The position numbers were made by a program, and so were the translations under genes. A model generated the notes under the pieces. It did no database searches. It was not told the DNA's origin and saw only the letters and a list, made by a program, of their open reading frames with translations. Source: Octopus sinensis (lineage: Eukaryota). From it: a stretch of DNA of 64,000 bases. How positions within the stretch are numbered: the stretch's first letter is position 1; each line of letters starts with the position of its first letter. The stretch covers positions 100,812,001 through 100,876,000 of the forward strand of contig NC_043003.1 of assembly GCF_006345805.1 (NCBI RefSeq), given 5' to 3'. Of this stretch, positions 59,601-64,000 are shown piece after piece.

Positions 59601-62600
59601 GCTAGAGAGAGAGAATGGACAGCAAATTTATAAAACCAAATTTGTTCACTGCTGATCCAAGTTTAAGTCAAGCTTCAAAAGAATGGAAATATTGGTTCAG
59701 AACTTTTATAAATTTTTTAGAATCATTTCCTACTGAACCAGCTATCACTGATGAAAGCAAGCTTAGGTGTTTAATAGTGCCCATAGATAAAGACGTTTAT
59801 GAACTCATAAGCGAATGTGAGAATTACGCAGAAGCAATTCAAACTGAAACCCTTGAACGTTATTTTTGCATGACACCTTTTAATGACATATAAACAAGAA
59901 CCAGGTCAATCAGTTGATGACTATTTACAGAAATTGAAACGACTAGCTAAAGATTGCAGGTACAGAGCAGTGGACGCTGAGACCCACAAAATGAATCTGT
60001 TCGTGATGCATTTATCTCGGAATTAACATCATCTTCAACTCACCTTAGACTTTTAGAAAATATTCAAGATGCGGCGATAATTTTAGAAGCTATATTTAAC
60101 CAAGCTCGCATGCTGGAAGTTGCTCAAAGTAATTCCGAAGTGTATAAAAGCAGTCAGACTGCTATAAACAGCCAGGGAAGCTGTTTGTCAATGTTTATTC
60201 CACGTGAAGAAGACAAAATCTCAATTCCTGACGGAAACACAGCTTGTGCAGCAACAAAATGAACTCAAAACTCCTGCCCCTTTTGTGGATCTAATGATTT
60301 TCATCCGAGGTTTAAGTGTCCCGCTAGGCGGGGAAAGTGGATATTTTGGTCATTTTGCTAAAGAATGCCAGTCAAGTAACCGCAAAAATTTCAATAAGAC
60401 ATCAGAAGCTCTTGATGATGGCAACTTTGCCATGGTTTTATGCGAAGGTGGGGCTACTACTAAAGTTAATTATACAATAATAGTTGATGGCACGAAAGCA
60501 TTTGCTTTGATTGATACCGGCTCTACTATGAATCATATTAGCAAAGACTTTGCAAAGAAAAACAAATTGGTGGTGAAGTCCAAAAGGAATGAAATTAACA
60601 TAGCTGTCAATAGAAATCGTTCCCAAAACGACAGTTATTGTTTGAGTTCAATTGAACTTCAAGGAATAATTTACGAGCAGGTAAAGCAGGTGGTATTTGA
60701 TAATTTGTTTGTAGATATAATTTTAGGGCAAAATTTCTTAAAACAGCATCAACATGTAAAAATTACCTTTGATGGCACCCCCCCCCCCTCGTTACATTTG
60801 GGAGCTCTAAATTGCATTAAAAGTGACATTACACACAAAGTTGTTTGAAAATTAAAACTCTGACTGTAAACCCATAGTTACGAAATCAGTCCACTAATAA
60901 TGAAAAATTTATTGCTGATACTAAAAGCCGAGATCTGGCAGAAGGGGTAACTGAACCCAGTGTTTCTCCCCAGTGAGCCCAGGTATTGGTAATATCAGGA
61001 GAAAATCATTGCAAGACACTGTGTATTGATTATAGTGAGGACTATAAATAAGTTTACACAATTAGATAGATATCCACTGCCAAATATGCATGACGTGGTC
61101 ACAAAAACAGCTCAATTTAATTATTTTAGCACACTGGATCTCAAAAGTGCGTATCATCAAGTTGAGATTCTAGTTGAAGAACGACTTTCAAAGCACAAGG
61201 AAAATTATATCAACGCAAACGTATTGCTTTCAGACTTATAAATGCAGTGCCCTGTTTCCAGAGTGATCGATAATATAATCGAAAGCCATAATTGTAGAGT
61301 TACTTTTGCATATCGACAACATAACTGTGTGGTAAATCGGAGGAAGAACATGATCGAAATTTAAAACATTTTCTTCAAGTTGCTAAAGACTGTAATTTAA
61401 CTTTTAATGATGCCAAATACATTTACAGCACTACACAGATTCGATTGCTTGGCTATGAAATTCAAAATGGTAACTTGAAACCTGACCCTGACCGGGTGAA
61501 AGCCCTTACTAGAACTACCTATTCCTAGTACCCACAAAGCATTGAGTTGAATTGTTGGTCTATTTGCGTATTATTCCAAGTGGATTCCAAAATTCTCTGA
61601 CAAGATAAAACTGTTGGTTGATACTAAATATTTTCCTTTGGGTGAAAGAGCCTTGTCTAGTTTAAAAACTTTATGAGATGATTTAGCAGATGAAAGCCTT
61701 CCTTTTTCAATAGAAACAGACACATCAGAGGTAGCTATATCTGGCATTATACACCAAAATGGAAAGCCAAGTGAGTGTTGTTATTCTTGTATTGAAAAAG
61801 AGGTGACAGCGATTGTAGAATCTGTGAGAAAATGGTCTCATTTTCTTCTTGGACATAACTTCACACTGATCAAAACAGTGTTGCTTTTATGTTTAATTGT
61901 CAAAAGCGCAGTAAACCTAAAAATGAAAAGATAATGCATTGACGAATCGAACTAGCCCAGTATAAATTTGATATCATTTACCACAAGGCAAGTTTAATGT
62001 TGCATCTGATGCTTTATCGCGTACCTATTGAGCAGCTACGACTGGTAATGAACTGTAACCTGTTCATGCAGTGCTGTGTCATCCTGGGATCACACGGTTG
62101 TTTCATTATATTAAAGTTAACAATTTACCATTCTCAGTAGATGATGTAGTGCGTATAACTAACAATTGTGTAATATGTTGTGAAGTGAAGCCTCGCTTTA
62201 CTAAAACCTCTGTTTCATCAGGAATTAAATCTACTCAAGCTTTAAAAAGATTGAATCTTGATTTTAAAGGACCCCTACCTTCAGTGTCAAAGAACCATTA
62301 TTTTTTAACTGTTGTGGATGAGTATTCACGTTTTTCGTTTATTTTTCCCTACACTGATACTAGTGCTCATTCTGTTACTAGTAATTTGAAGGTTTTGTTT
62401 AATCTTTTCGGATTTCCTGCTGTTATTTATAGTGATAATGCTAAATGTTTTGTATCCAAAGAACTTAAACAATTTCTGTATGATAGGGGTGTAGCGATTA
62501 CTCATTCTACTGTGTACAATCCTCGTGGAAATGCGCAATGTGAAAGGTATAATGGAGTAATATAGAATTCCATTAAATTGGCCTTATGTAGCAGAAATTT

Positions 62601-63222
62601 ACCAGTTTCTCAATGGAAAGTCGTGCTTCCAGAAGTTTTACATTCACAATGTTCATTATTATGCACAGTAACTAATGAAACCCCACATGAGAGATTCTTT
62701 AAATTTCCCAGATATTCTATGTGCAGTGTTTCTGTTCCTACTTGGTTAATGCAAGGACCTGGCAAAGTGTTTGTTAAACTGTATGTATGCAATTAGTAGA
62801 TGAAACCCAATTGGTACAGATTAACCCTAACCACGGGAGGGTGCAGTACCCAGATGGACGTGAAAGTACTGTGTCCATTAGAGATTTAGCCCCTACTGGC
62901 AAAATGACTGAGGAGTATCAGTTAAGTAAGGATCAAACTGATGTTGCTGAGACTGATCATACTCAAGTGCATGAACACCGTGGTGGTTTTTCAGATACCA
63001 TGAGTGATTCTGTCCCACCTAGACCAGCTCAAGAACCAGAACCTCAAACTACTTTGCACTGGCGTTCATCCAGAACAAAAACCATTTCAGAGACGTTAAA
63101 TTTATGATTGATGATGTGATATGCTTCTGAAATGCCTCGTTATTACGTTGTCAAGATTGGCTCATTTTATGTTTGTATTTTGCATTTTATTGGTTAATTG
63201 TTCTTGTTCTTTGGGGGGGGGT

Positions 63223-63472
63223 TGTGATTTTAGTTTTGATCATGTGATTTTGATTGTCTCAATTGCTGTGCGGAGTTCTGTTCTGTTTGCGGCACGACAT
63301 GTTCAGTGTTGGTTTTTAATTAGTCGAGACTGTAGCAACTCACAGCATAAAACTGTTATTGTGTTGAAGTTTGGTTTTGCTTACAATTTAGCAATCTTTG
63401 TATTGTAGTTTGCTATATTTTTAGTTGATTAAAACCTTTTAAACTTAGATATTCCAGTTTGGGTTTATAACA
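63223..63472 (+). repeat. 3' LTR, 250 bp, TG...CA
   Basis: Begins tgtgatttt one base after the PPT and ends tttataaca. Confidence 0.92.
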
Positions 63473-64000
63473 TACATATATATATTTATGCGCATACACA
63501 CAGATATACAGAGACGTATACATGCTCGCGCCTTCCTACACACATGGGCACACACACAGAGGCACATGCATGCACCTACATATACATGTGTGACACTCAT
63601 ACATGCACATATACGCAGACATGCACACATACACCCCCACACAGTCACACTCATATATATGTATATCTGTACAAACACACACACACAAAATGAATATTGC
63701 ACATAATAAAGTTTAATACCAAATCCATCCTCTCATTTCTTAATTGATATGTGTGTGTGCATGGTTAGCTAACACACACTGTGCCCAGCTAATATGACTG
63801 GAAAATAAAGTAAATGAATTCTCCAACGAACTGTATATTGCTGTCTAACAATATTCACATACCATTTAAGATGACATCATTGTAAGCAAGATGGTTTTGG
63901 TGTCCATCAAGAGAGCTTCTTCAAGGTCATTTTATTATTTTTTTCATCGTCATCATCATCATTTAACATCTGCTTTCCATGCTGGCATGGGTTGGACAGT

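Larger units (their letters stand above)
59315..63472 (+). mobile_element. Ty3/Gypsy LTR retrotransposon with both LTRs; coding region decayed; no tRNA PBS
   Basis: Gag starts at 59615 (KPNLFTADP..SKEWKYW). Protease ALIDTGS, RT TLDLKSAYHQV, and integrase LNLDFKGPLP, VVDEYSRF and YNPRGNAQCERYNG follow. The PPT is G9 at 63213-63221. Confidence 0.92.

Noticed and set aside
51496-64000. Search for the preceding PDE exon (YHNW.H motif)
   Set aside because: No matching frame with splice sites was found. The exon is probably beyond the window, though a very short exon could have been missed.

Overview
This is animal genomic DNA, not prokaryotic. It is AT-rich, dense in microsatellites and mostly transposon-derived. 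The SINE and LINE repertoire points to an octopod cephalopod, probably Octopus; this is an inference that needs BLAST confirmation. The only host gene I can support is the 3' part of a minus-strand cyclic-nucleotide phosphodiesterase (PDE10A / C. elegans pde-5 type). Seven coding exons (51495 down to 15859) have GT-AG junctions with matching phases and splice into a 226-aa catalytic-domain C-terminus; the upstream exons appear to lie beyond 64000. The rest is mobile DNA: a young CsRn1-clade Ty3/Gypsy element running off the left edge, four decayed Gypsy-like loci, Tc1 (IR/DR), Tigger/pogo and Chapaev-like DNA transposons, R4/Dong-, HERO- and RTE-type LINE pieces, several Penelope-like elements and many tRNA-derived SINEs. 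The most interesting signals are structural: (1) a Gypsy element with no tRNA primer site whose PBS position instead pairs over 18 nt with its own LTR (Tf1-like self-priming candidate); (2) minimal hammerhead-ribozyme folds in Penelope terminal repeats inside the PDE introns; (3) a perfect 63-bp inverted repeat bracketing the exon that carries the invariant substrate-binding glutamine; (4) a G-GGA-AAC slippery site plus H-type pseudoknot at a gag/pol junction; (5) a TIR-bounded composite element with a 1.1-kb tandem duplication. There is no CRISPR array, rRNA or true tRNA gene. All alignments, translations and folds were done by eye; boundaries described as approximate may be off by tens of bases.
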